DNA from: Arcobacteraceae bacterium
GTDB lineage: Bacteria; Campylobacterota; Campylobacteria; Campylobacterales; Arcobacteraceae
Assembly (NCBI GenBank): GCA_963662945.1
Contig: OY759974.1
Coordinates: 2,112,001-2,176,000 of the forward strand
DNA: 64,000 bases
Direction of reading: 5' to 3'
Below, piece after piece: positions 1-9,561 of the stretch (positions within the stretch are counted from its first letter, which is position 1; each line of letters opens with the position of its first letter). The position numbers and the translations under genes were made by a program. The notes below the pieces were generated by a model, which did no database searches, was not told the origin of the DNA, and saw nothing but the letters and a program-made list of their open reading frames with translations.

Positions 1-177
1 TTCACCGATTAATTCAAGTGAATGTATGTCAATGCCATTAAAATTAAAAATATAACTAATAATAGTACCAGAAAGGATATATCCAATAATATGTGAGATA
101 CCATATCTTTTAAAAATAATATTGAATATCGTAGCAAATGAAATCGCTAAAAAAATTGCTATAAGTATATTGTTCAT
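1..177 (-). CDS. Cation:proton antiporter (CPA2 family), 5' part; runs off the window
   Basis: Manual translation from ATG at 177: MNNILIAIFLAISFATIFNIIFKRYGISHIIGYILSG...ELIGE, similar to the N-terminus of the CPA2 at 3426..5018. Confidence 0.75.
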   Translation of the reverse strand, partial: MNNILIAIFLAISFATIFNIIFKRYGISHIIGYILSGTIISYIFNFNGIDIHSLELIGE

Positions 178-245
178 GAGTATATTATATCAAATATTTT
201 TAAAAGAATTTCTCTTGAAATGTATTATATTTTATACAATGAATA

Positions 246-1961
246 TTAATCTTTACTATAATGTTTGTGAAGTTCTCTAATTGTTTCATAATCATCTTTT
301 CTAAAGAATGTAAGAATATCAAAAACCTCTTCTCTTGTTCGTCCAAGATTTAGTAGTGTTTCAGCAGCAAGTCTTAAACTACCTTCGGCAGCTTCTGGCA
401 TTGCCCATGTTGCGCCATGTTTTAATAATGCATCACGTGTTTCCATATCTCGTGTTCTTGAAAGAACTTTTAAAATAGGATATTGTGCTCTTATGTGTGA
501 GATTATTTTTGAAGATGTATGGTGATTATCAACTGTTATAATAACTGCTTCAACTCTCTCAAGACCTATTTTATTTAAAAATTCTAGTTCACTAAGTTCA
601 CCATAGTATACAGCTCTTCCCTCTTTTTGTCCTAGTTCTACTCTTTTAGAGTCTATATCAAAAGCAATATAGGGAACACCAGCATATTCTAACATTGTAG
701 CAACTAATCTACCTACTCGCCCATATCCAGCAATGACAACACCTTTCCATAACTCTTCTGGTACATAGGCAGACTCTATTTTGATAGGTTCATTATTTAA
801 TTTAAGAGCAAGTTTATCTCCAATATTTACTATCATTGGTGTAAGAAGCATACTAAAAGAGATTATTGTTACAGCAGCAATAAAAAGTTCATCACTAATT
901 ACACCTAATGCTTTAGCAGAACCAAAAAGAACAAATCCAAATTCTCCACTTTGTGACAAAAGAAATGAAACGGAAGCAGCTGTTGATCTACTATATCCCA
1001 TATATAACATTAAAACAAATAAAGCAATAATTTTAATCCCCATAATTACAAAAAGATGTTGAATTAAAATTAAAGGGTCATTCATCATTGCATGGATATC
1101 GATAGACATCCCAACTGCAATAAAGAACATAGTCATTAAGAGTCCTTTATAAGGTTCGACATGGGCTTGTATTTGATAATGATATTTAGAACTTGATAGC
1201 ATCATTCCCATAATAAAAGCTCCCAATGCCATTGAAAGACCAGCATGTTCCATTGCCCATGCTGCAAAAATTACCGCAAGCATAACAGAAAAGAAAAAAG
1301 CATCACGATTTTGATTTCTTGCTAAATAATCTAAAATTTTTGGAATGATATATTTCCCCAATGCTATCAAAGTTATAATTGAACCAAGTGCAATAAAAAT
1401 TTGTTGCCATAAAGAATGTCCTTGAGAAAGATCTCCCCCTTTGGCCAAAATTGGAACTAAAGCTAGTAATGGAACAACAGCGAGATCTTGCATTAATAAA
1501 ATTGCAAAGCCACTTTTCCCTACAGGGGAATATAATTGTCCTTTCTCTTGTAAAATTTGCATTACAAATGCAGTAGATGAAAGTGCGAATGTAAGACCTA
1601 CTAATAATGCAACTTGCCAAGACTGAGAATAAAAAGTACTATAGATAAAAATTAAAATACCAGATAGAATAATTTGTGCACTTCCTAAACCAAATACTTC
1701 TTTTCTCATATCCCAAAGTTTTTTAGGTTGCATCTCTAAGCCTATGACAAAGAGTAATAAAACTACACCAAATTCAGTAATATGTCGTACCGCATCAACT
1801 TTATTTGTTAAAATTGGACCAGGAGAATAGGGACCTACAATTACACCAGCAATTAAAAGTCCTAATATACTACCCAGACCAAGTTTTTTAGAAAGTGCAA
1901 CAAGTAAAGTAGCAACAGCAAATAGATAGAATGTTAAGTTTAATAATTCAGAATTATCCAA
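246..1961 (-). CDS. KefB/KefC-like K+/H+ antiporter (CPA2) with C-terminal TrkA-N/KTN domain
   Basis: EFGVVLLLFVIGLE, ALSSTA, ILLMQDLAVVP, SQSGEFGFV; KTN motif IAGYGRVG; TTG start. Confidence 0.9.
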   Translation of the reverse strand: MDNSELLNLTFYLFAVATLLVALSKKLGLGSILGLLIAGVIVGPYSPGPILTNKVDAVRHITEFGVVLLLFVIGLEMQPKKLWDMRKEVFGLGSAQIILSGILIFIYSTFYSQSWQVALLVGLTFALSSTAFVMQILQEKGQLYSPVGKSGFAILLMQDLAVVPLLALVPILAKGGDLSQGHSLWQQIFIALGSIITLIALGKYIIPKILDYLARNQNRDAFFFSVMLAVIFAAWAMEHAGLSMALGAFIMGMMLSSSKYHYQIQAHVEPYKGLLMTMFFIAVGMSIDIHAMMNDPLILIQHLFVIMGIKIIALFVLMLYMGYSRSTAASVSFLLSQSGEFGFVLFGSAKALGVISDELFIAAVTIISFSMLLTPMIVNIGDKLALKLNNEPIKIESAYVPEELWKGVVIAGYGRVGRLVATMLEYAGVPYIAFDIDSKRVELGQKEGRAVYYGELSELEFLNKIGLERVEAVIITVDNHHTSSKIISHIRAQYPILKVLSRTRDMETRDALLKHGATWAMPEAAEGSLRLAAETLLNLGRTREEVFDILTFFRKDDYETIRELHKHYSKD

Positions 1962-2132
1962 TTTATATTTTCCTCTTAAAATTATCTTTAGATAATTTAT
2001 AATGATTATTATATCTATTAATCAATTAGAATTGGATTGCATTATATATTGATTAATAAACAAGGTTAATGTTATTTTAATAGATTTTTTATAGAATAAG
2101 CAAAGTTAGTAATTAATAAAAGGAATTTAAGT

Positions 2133-3422
2133 ATGACAAAATATGTTGAGACTTTTCAGGATTTTATATCCAAAGAAGCATTTAGTGGATTTTTACTTTT
2201 TACTGCAACTGTAGTTGCCGTTATTGTAGCAAATTCTTCACTTTCGCAAGAGTATTATAATCTATGGCATGCACCACTTGGTGTAACTATGGGGGATATG
2301 AATATCTCTATGAGTTTATCTATGTGGATAAATGATGGTTTGATGGCACTATTTTTTTTAATGGTTGGATTAGAGATTAAAAGAGAGATGCTTATAGGTG
2401 AGTTAAGCAGTGTAAGAAAAGCTTCTTTTCCTGTAATTGCAGCAGTAGGTGGAATGGTGATTCCTGCACTTATTTATGTAGGATTAAATCCTGAAAATCC
2501 AATTGGTTTTGGAGTTCCTATGGCTACAGATATTGCATTTGCATTAGGAATTTTACTGCTTCTTGGTAACAAAGTAAATCCAGCATTAAAATTATTTTTA
2601 GTAGCACTTGCTGTTGTTGATGATTTGGGGGCTGTTTTAGTAGTAGCAACTGTATACACAAGTGAAATTCATGCAGCTTATTTTCTCCATGCTATTTTAA
2701 TTTATGCATTGATTTGGATACTCAATCTTAAAGGTGTAAAAGCACTTTGGCCTTATCTAATTCTTGGAATTTTTTTATGGGTTTATATACATGCTATAGG
2801 TATTCACGCAACTATTGCTGGGGTATTATTAGCTTTAGCTATACCTATTAGTTCAAAAATTGAAGAGAGAAAATTTATTGAAACTTCAAAAAAAGCAATA
2901 GATGAATTTGAAAAACACATCGATGAGATACCAATTTTAAATCATCATCAAATAGATGCTTTAGAAAATATAGCTTATGGATATGATAAAGTACAAAATC
3001 CATTAGTCAAATTAGAACATCAGCTTCATGGGTTTAGTGCATTTTTTATTATGCCACTTTTTGCTTTTGCAAATGCAGGAGTTGTTATAGATTTTAGTGG
3101 GGTTTCACAACATCTTATGATAGTTTTAGGAGTTGTTTTCGGACTAGTTATAGGAAAACCTATAGGAATAGTAGCTTTTACTTATCTTGCATCAAAAACG
3201 AAACTTATTCATAAACCTGATAATTTAAGTTGGGAAGAGATAGTTGCTGTTGGATTCTTAGCTGGGATTGGGTTTACAATGTCTATTTTTATAACTCATT
3301 TAGCGTTTGTAGATGAGAGTGTAATTAGTGCAGTAAAACTTGGAATTTTTATAGCTTCTTTTATAGCTGGAGTTCTTGGAGTTTTACTAATAAATAGAGC
3401 TTCTAAAAAACAGTGTAGTTAA
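2133..3422 (+). CDS. nhaA: Na+/H+ antiporter NhaA
   Basis: WINDGLMALFF, ATDIAFALG, LAVVDDLG (twin Asp), GKPIG, GIGFTMSIFI. Confidence 0.95.
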   Translation: MTKYVETFQDFISKEAFSGFLLFTATVVAVIVANSSLSQEYYNLWHAPLGVTMGDMNISMSLSMWINDGLMALFFLMVGLEIKREMLIGELSSVRKASFPVIAAVGGMVIPALIYVGLNPENPIGFGVPMATDIAFALGILLLLGNKVNPALKLFLVALAVVDDLGAVLVVATVYTSEIHAAYFLHAILIYALIWILNLKGVKALWPYLILGIFLWVYIHAIGIHATIAGVLLALAIPISSKIEERKFIETSKKAIDEFEKHIDEIPILNHHQIDALENIAYGYDKVQNPLVKLEHQLHGFSAFFIMPLFAFANAGVVIDFSGVSQHLMIVLGVVFGLVIGKPIGIVAFTYLASKTKLIHKPDNLSWEEIVAVGFLAGIGFTMSIFITHLAFVDESVISAVKLGIFIASFIAGVLGVLLINRASKKQCS

Positions 3423-3425
3423 AAT

Positions 3426-5018
3426 ATGTTAACAATTATTGTTGCTACACTATTAATCTCTTTAGTGGCTAATATATTTTTAAAGAGATTTAACCTTCCT
3501 ACAATTATAGGTTATATTGTTACAGGTACAATTATTGCCTATGGATTTGGACTGCATGATGCTGTCCATAACCATGAACTTAAAGAGATAGCAGAATTTG
3601 GAGTAGTTTTTTTAATGTTCACTATTGGATTAGAATTTTCTATAGAACATTTAAAAAAGATGAAATATGAAGTATTTGTTGCAGGTACTTTACAGATAGT
3701 TATTACCTCTTTTATAGTGTATCTTATGGCATATTATATTTTTGATATTACACAAAAAACCTCTTTTATAATCTCTCTTGCAATTGCCTTATCTTCAACG
3801 GCAATTGTTTTAAAAACATTTAATGAAACAGGAGAAATAAATAAACGATATGGACAAAGAAGTTTAGGGATTTTGATTATGCAAGATATTGCAGTAATCC
3901 CTATCTTACTTATTATAGGTTTTATGAGCAATAATAATCAAGGGGAAATCTCATCAGTTTTACTACAAATGGGATTGAGTGCATTGGTTTTACTTGTTTT
4001 ACTAGGAACTATAGGAAAATATCTTTTAGAGCCATTTTTCACTCAAATTGTAAAAACAAATTCTGATGAACTTTTTATTACTACGATTCTTTTCTTAGCA
4101 ATAGGGGCTTCATATTTAGCACATATTTTAGGATTTTCATACTCTCTTGGAGCCTTTATTGCAGGAATGTTGATTGCAGAAACAAAATATAAACATCAAG
4201 CTGAAGCAGATCTTATCCCATTTAGAGATATTCTTCTAGGAATCTTTTTTATTACTGTTGGAATGCAAATAGACTTTAATATTATTTTTTCATATATTCA
4301 TATTATAGCTATGCTATTGGTGGGTGTTGTTGTTTTAAAATTTATAATTATCTATTCAATAGTAAGAACTACTGAAAATAGTAAAATAAGTTTGCAAACA
4401 GCATTAAGTTTGGTGCAAATAGGAGAATTTTCTTTAGCTTTGTTAGAACTTGCTAGAACAAATGGACTTATAGGTCCACCACATGGTCAAATTATGATTG
4501 TTACTATTGTAATTTCAATGATTCTTACTCCAATTATTTTAAAAAACATCCCTTTTATTGTGGATTTATTTATTAAAAAAGAGCAAATAGTTGAGAATCA
4601 AATAGAGTCAAGTGATTATACAAATCATACGATTATTATAGGTTTTGGAGAGTTTGGACAAAATGTTGCAAAAGTATTAAGGAATGATTCATTCCCTTAT
4701 ATTGCTATAGAGAATAACATAGAAACGTACCATAAAGTAAAAGCGCTGAATGAACCAATAATATTTGGAAATGCAGTAAAAAAAGATATTTTAAAAACGG
4801 CAAATGTCAAAGAGGCTAAAAATATTGTAATAGCTATAGATAATCCTAAGAAGCTTTACCATGTGTGTCACACTTTACAACATTTTCTTTCAAATGAAAA
4901 TATAATTGTTAAGGTACATAATAGTGGAGAAAAGCATATAATTGAAGAATTAGGTATTCAAAATATTATAGTTGAAAATGAAATTAGTAGTCAAGAAGTT
5001 TTAAAAAAACTTTTATAA
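3426..5018 (+). CDS. Cation:proton antiporter (CPA2) with TrkA-N domain
   Basis: AEFGVVFLMFTIGLE, ALSSTA, QDIAVIP, QIGEFS, IIGFGEFG. Confidence 0.9.
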   Translation: MLTIIVATLLISLVANIFLKRFNLPTIIGYIVTGTIIAYGFGLHDAVHNHELKEIAEFGVVFLMFTIGLEFSIEHLKKMKYEVFVAGTLQIVITSFIVYLMAYYIFDITQKTSFIISLAIALSSTAIVLKTFNETGEINKRYGQRSLGILIMQDIAVIPILLIIGFMSNNNQGEISSVLLQMGLSALVLLVLLGTIGKYLLEPFFTQIVKTNSDELFITTILFLAIGASYLAHILGFSYSLGAFIAGMLIAETKYKHQAEADLIPFRDILLGIFFITVGMQIDFNIIFSYIHIIAMLLVGVVVLKFIIIYSIVRTTENSKISLQTALSLVQIGEFSLALLELARTNGLIGPPHGQIMIVTIVISMILTPIILKNIPFIVDLFIKKEQIVENQIESSDYTNHTIIIGFGEFGQNVAKVLRNDSFPYIAIENNIETYHKVKALNEPIIFGNAVKKDILKTANVKEAKNIVIAIDNPKKLYHVCHTLQHFLSNENIIVKVHNSGEKHIIEELGIQNIIVENEISSQEVLKKLL

Positions 5019-5043
5019 ACTAGAGGGTTTCCTCTAGTTTATA
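5014..5043. terminator. Bidirectional intrinsic terminator hairpin between convergent genes
   Basis: Perfect 13-bp inverted repeat TATAAACTAGAGG-gttt-CCTCTAGTTTATA. Confidence 0.8.
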
Positions 5044-5046
5044 CTT

Positions 5047-6078
5047 TTAGTTAAACTCTGGTTTTGGAGTTTTATCTGTTATTACCGGTAAAATAGGGTA
5101 AGTTATAGTTGGTTTTTTCCCTGTTAAAGAGTTTAAGAAAGTTACAATTTGTTCACTCTCTTTATCAGTTATTTTAATACCTAACTGAGTAGAACCCATC
5201 TCTTTAACTGCATCTTTTAGTGACCAAATATTACCATTGTGGAAATATGGTGCTGTTTCTTGGATATTTCTAAGTGTTGGAGTTTTTACCATACCATCTT
5301 TATTTCCTTTAAAATCACCCTTTGCATAAGAGTATTTTGCGTGAATTTGGAATGGTTGCATAGTACCACCAAGACCTATATCTGTATGACAAGCAGTACA
5401 ACCTTTATCAATAAATACTTTTAAACCTGTTTTTTCCTCTTTTGTTAATGCATTTGCATTACCATTTAAAAATGCATCAAATCTTGAAGGTGTTATAAGG
5501 GTTCTTTCAAATACAGCAATTGTATCTGTAATAAGTTCAAATGTAATTTTTACATCATCTCCATAAGCTTTTTTAAATTCAGCTACATAATCAGGCATAG
5601 AAGTTACACGTGCAAGAACTAAATCTTTTGGAGCTGCCATCTCTGGACCTGCTTGAACTGGACCTTGTGCTTGCGCTTCTAAGTGAGGGTCTCTTCCATC
5701 CCAAAATTGTACAGCATTTAAAACTGAGTTATAAACAGTTGGAGAGTTTAAATGATGTGGGTTTGCTGTCCATTTGTGACCAATTGCAGCACCAACTCCA
5801 TCAACACCACCCATTGCTAGGTTGTGACATGTATTACATGAAATTAGATTACTTTTTGAAAGTCTTGGATCAAAATAGAGTTTTTTCCCTAATTCTACTT
5901 TACAATCTGTAATAGGATTTTTTGGATTATCCACTAACTTTAATACCTCTAATTTACTTTGTGGGATAGCTTTAAGACCTGAGTCTTTTGCTGATTTGAT
6001 AAGTGAAGTATCACTCATACCAAATAAACTTACACTTGTAAACAATGTAGCTGCAGCTACGATAGATAATTTTTTCAT
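5047..6078 (-). CDS. ccpA: Dihaem cytochrome c peroxidase (canonical bCcP)
   Basis: Signal peptide, CNTCH and CTACH, IGHKW distal His, QFWDGR, PYFHNG...AVKEMG with axial Met. Confidence 0.92.
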   Translation of the reverse strand: MKKLSIVAAATLFTSVSLFGMSDTSLIKSAKDSGLKAIPQSKLEVLKLVDNPKNPITDCKVELGKKLYFDPRLSKSNLISCNTCHNLAMGGVDGVGAAIGHKWTANPHHLNSPTVYNSVLNAVQFWDGRDPHLEAQAQGPVQAGPEMAAPKDLVLARVTSMPDYVAEFKKAYGDDVKITFELITDTIAVFERTLITPSRFDAFLNGNANALTKEEKTGLKVFIDKGCTACHTDIGLGGTMQPFQIHAKYSYAKGDFKGNKDGMVKTPTLRNIQETAPYFHNGNIWSLKDAVKEMGSTQLGIKITDKESEQIVTFLNSLTGKKPTITYPILPVITDKTPKPEFN

Positions 6079-6108
6079 AATTTTCCTTTTTGAATAATTT
6101 CAATAATA

Positions 6109-6146
6109 AGTATAAAGAAAAAAAATGTGAAAATTATGTGGAAATT
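6109..6146 (-). promoter_or_regulatory. ccpA promoter: -10 TATACT plus 11-bp tandem direct repeat (putative OmpR-family site)
   Basis: agtata 6109-6114; atgtgaaaatt 6125-6135 and atgtggaaatt 6136-6146. Confidence 0.55.
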
Positions 6147-6168
6147 AAATTTACCTAAAATAAAAAGA

Positions 6169-7659
6169 TTACTTTTTTAAAGTGATAATAAACAAAGCAC
6201 CACCTTTACTATTTTTAACTTCTAACTTCCCTTTACTTTTTTCAATAATCATCTTTGACATGTAAAGACCTATCCCTAGACCTTTCTCTTTTGTGGTAAA
6301 ATATGGCTCAAATATTTTTTCTAGAAGTTCTTGTTTTATTCCACCTGCATTATCTTTTATCTCTATTTTTATGGTATCTTTTTCACTATATGTATTTATA
6401 GTAATATTTGGATTTTTGATTGATTGTTTTATAAATTGATCTTTTGCATTATTCAAAATATTAAAAATCACCTGTAAAAACTCTCCTTTATATACTTTGA
6501 TAGAGATATTTTCATCTAGAGTACACTTTATATCTATATTATGTGATTTAAAACTATCTTCTAAAAGGTTTATCACCTCTTTTATAGATTTACTCAAATC
6601 AAAAAGTTCTGTTGTATTTGTATTTCTAAAAAAATCTCTAAAATCATCTATTGTATTGGAAAGGTATTTTAACTGTCCATTAGCAAGTTTTATTTTTTTA
6701 TCAAAATATTCTAGGGTTAATTTATCTTTTTTATATGCTGTGTTGAGATTCATTAAAATATAAGAAAGATGGGTAAGTGGCTGTCTCCATTGGTGGGCAA
6801 TATTACCTATCATCTCTCCCATTGATGCTAGTTTACTTTGGTATGTGAGGTTGTGAAGTTGTTTCTGAGATTGTTTCAATTTTCTATAAAAAAGTGTAAA
6901 AAGGGTCAAAAAAAGTGCAACAAGTACAAATAGTATATTCAAAGTTATATAAACACTCTTTTGTACCATATCTCTTTGCTTTATCAGTAACAACTTCATT
7001 TTTTCTAAAAGTGTATCTATGTTTTTATTGATTGCTTCATTTTGATATTGTAATTGAAAATTGATACTACTTTGTAAAGTTTTTACCTCTTTTACAAAAA
7101 TCTCTTTAAATTTATTATCTATTTTTAAGTCATAATACTTCACTAAATCCATATCATAAAACTCTTTTTGCTTATTTGAAAGTAAGTCAAGTCTTATGTT
7201 ATTAAGCTTATTTTTTGTCTCAAGGTCAAAGTTTGCTAGTTCATAGTGTGACCTATCTAAAATAATCGATATTATTTTTTCATCGGTTGCTCTTCTTGCT
7301 TTAAACCTTTCCAACCAAATAACTTTTTGACCAAATTGTATATCTAGTTGATCTAATATATTTATATAAGAGGCTTCAAAATGAACATTTTTTGCATCAT
7401 TTTTTATTTTTTTAATCGATTGTAGACTCAATGTAATATCTTGATTTATAATATCAAAATTGTCTACTTTCATATACCCTTTAATATAATTATTTAATTT
7501 ATTATTTAAAGCTATAAGTGTATTTATTTTATCATTGTGATCAAAAAAAAGTTGTGTATTTTTTTTGTGAATGAGAATTGTATAAAACATAATCAAAAAA
7601 ACTACAAGTAAAGTTATTAATACTATATAGATATTATTTCGTATAAGATATTGTCTCAT
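6169..7659 (-). CDS. Sensor histidine kinase with two TM helices and a ~200-aa periplasmic domain
   Basis: H-box GEMIGNIAHQWRQPL, N-box NILNNAKD, DNAGG, FEPYFTTK, GLGIGLY. Confidence 0.92.
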   Translation of the reverse strand: MRQYLIRNNIYIVLITLLVVFLIMFYTILIHKKNTQLFFDHNDKINTLIALNNKLNNYIKGYMKVDNFDIINQDITLSLQSIKKIKNDAKNVHFEASYINILDQLDIQFGQKVIWLERFKARRATDEKIISIILDRSHYELANFDLETKNKLNNIRLDLLSNKQKEFYDMDLVKYYDLKIDNKFKEIFVKEVKTLQSSINFQLQYQNEAINKNIDTLLEKMKLLLIKQRDMVQKSVYITLNILFVLVALFLTLFTLFYRKLKQSQKQLHNLTYQSKLASMGEMIGNIAHQWRQPLTHLSYILMNLNTAYKKDKLTLEYFDKKIKLANGQLKYLSNTIDDFRDFFRNTNTTELFDLSKSIKEVINLLEDSFKSHNIDIKCTLDENISIKVYKGEFLQVIFNILNNAKDQFIKQSIKNPNITINTYSEKDTIKIEIKDNAGGIKQELLEKIFEPYFTTKEKGLGIGLYMSKMIIEKSKGKLEVKNSKGGALFIITLKK

Positions 7660-8624
7660 TTGATTATATTCACTTCCCCACTTAAAGATTTTAAAAATTC
7701 TTCAATATAAAAGAGCTCCTCTTTTTTTAATTCGATTCCCAATTGAGCTTTTGCAATTAACTCAATAGCTTCTTTAAGGGTTTTTATACTTCCATTGTGC
7801 AGATAAGGGGAGGTAAGTGCTACATTTCTAAGTGTTGGTACTTTGAAATAAAATTTATCATAATCATTTTTTGTTATATTATAAAACCCAAGATTTAGAT
7901 CAATAGTAAAAGAGGAGTTGGTGTCATTATTATTCTGAGAATTATGGTTCAAATCTTTAATAACACTTGGATCAACCAAACCAAAACGGGCATATAAACC
8001 TCCTCCGATATTTATACCGTTGTGACAAGATGTACATCCTTTTTTATAAAAAAGCTTATATCCTTTTTTTTGATCACTATTTAAAGCTTCTTTATCTCCC
8101 ATAAGATACCTATCAAAAGCACTAGGAGTTATAAGTGTTTTTTGAAACTCTTGAAGAGCATCGCCAATATTGTCTTTGGTGATACCATTTTCATACAAAT
8201 TATTAAATAGGGTATTGTAGTTTTTATTTTTTTTAAGATTTTCAATAAGATTTTCAAAGCTATTTCCCATCTCTTTAGGATTTGTAATAGGAAATTGCAC
8301 TTGATGAGACAAACTTTCTCCTCTACCATCCCACATCTGTCTGAAGTTAAATACCGCATTGAGTACTGTTGGTGTATTTATATTTCCCATTTGCCCATTG
8401 ATACCAAAAGATAATGGAAGATTGTCAGTACCACCTAGTTCAAGATTGTGGCAACTAGCACAAGAGATTGTATTATCTTTTGAAAGTATCGTGTCAAAAT
8501 AGAGCTTTTTACCAAGTAATGCTTTTTGTTTATCATACTCTATGGCTTTTGGTAGGGGTAGCATCACCTCTACACCATACAAGTTTATTACAAAAGAAAA
8601 TAATAAAACTAAAAGAAATTTCAA
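7656..8624 (-). CDS. Cytochrome c peroxidase-like dihaem protein with non-canonical ligand residues
   Basis: Signal peptide, CASCH and CTSCH, QMWDGR, FKVPTLRNV, PYLHNG; 4-nt overlap with kinase start. Confidence 0.85.
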   Translation of the reverse strand: MKFLLVLLFSFVINLYGVEVMLPLPKAIEYDKQKALLGKKLYFDTILSKDNTISCASCHNLELGGTDNLPLSFGINGQMGNINTPTVLNAVFNFRQMWDGRGESLSHQVQFPITNPKEMGNSFENLIENLKKNKNYNTLFNNLYENGITKDNIGDALQEFQKTLITPSAFDRYLMGDKEALNSDQKKGYKLFYKKGCTSCHNGINIGGGLYARFGLVDPSVIKDLNHNSQNNNDTNSSFTIDLNLGFYNITKNDYDKFYFKVPTLRNVALTSPYLHNGSIKTLKEAIELIAKAQLGIELKKEELFYIEEFLKSLSGEVNIIK

Positions 8625-8630
8625 AATATT

Positions 8631-9305
8631 TTATCCTGCAAGATTGATTTGATATCCTATACCAGATATATTTTTAATACTTGATTTTGAAGTTTTTTTT
8701 CTAAGTTCTCGTATAACAGAACGAAGTGCATCTTCACTCATATTTCCATCCCATACATAACTATTAAACTCTTCATATCTCAAAGCCCTATTAGAATTTT
8801 TGATCAAATACTCCAAACATAATAACTCTTTTTTTGTAAGTATGATTTGTTTATTCTTAAAAAAAAGTGTTTCATTGAATATATCAAATGTATATCCTCC
8901 AAAAATATGAAATATTGATTGTTTAGCTACAACATCTTCAACACAACTATTTAAAACAGGTAATAAAGTATCTTCCATAATAGGTTTTACAAGATACTTA
9001 ATAAGTCCAAGTTCTATAGCTTCAACTAAATATGAAGTTTCTAAAAAAGCTGTAGCTATAATAATCTTTGTAGTTTTATCAGTTTTGCGTATCTCTTTTA
9101 TCATCTCTATACCATTGAGTTTGGGCATTTTTATGTCAGTGATAATAATATCTGGTTTTAACTCTCTGTATTTTTCTAATCCCTCTTTACCATTAGATGC
9201 TTCATAAACATTGTCACAATAAAACTCAAGATATTCAACTGCATCTGCTCTTATAAAATCTTCATCATCTATATAGAGTATTTTTAAATTTTTTAAGCAC
9301 TCCAT
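8631..9305 (-). CDS. OmpR-family two-component response regulator
   Basis: Receiver IDDE...TDIKMP...KP; winged helix LRSVIRELRKK...GIGY. Confidence 0.92.
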   Translation of the reverse strand: MECLKNLKILYIDDEDFIRADAVEYLEFYCDNVYEASNGKEGLEKYRELKPDIIITDIKMPKLNGIEMIKEIRKTDKTTKIIIATAFLETSYLVEAIELGLIKYLVKPIMEDTLLPVLNSCVEDVVAKQSIFHIFGGYTFDIFNETLFFKNKQIILTKKELLCLEYLIKNSNRALRYEEFNSYVWDGNMSEDALRSVIRELRKKTSKSSIKNISGIGYQINLAG

Positions 9306-9504
9306 AAGTTTCCTTTTTAAATAATCTACACTATGATAATAGAAGAAAAATTACAACATAAACAAATATTCTTATCACTTCTCTTCTATACTTCCATCTA
9401 TTTTTACATATAAAGTATAAATATATACTTACAGAACTATATAAGGACAGCTCTAAAATATTTTGATAACTTGTATGAACCAAATAGTACTTTATTTTGT
9501 AATC

Positions 9505-9540
9505 AAAAAAGGGATATTGAGTTGATTCAATATCCCTTTT
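9505..9540 (-). terminator. Intrinsic terminator of the peroxiredoxin gene
   Basis: AAAAGGGATATTGA / TCAATATCCCTTTT stem followed by a T run on the minus strand. Confidence 0.8.
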
Positions 9541-9561
9541 CATAAATTGACTACACTATAA

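Noticed and set aside
9331-9543. 70-aa ORF between the peroxiredoxin and the response regulator
   Set aside because: Starts inside the terminator hairpin, has no SD and no recognisable motif
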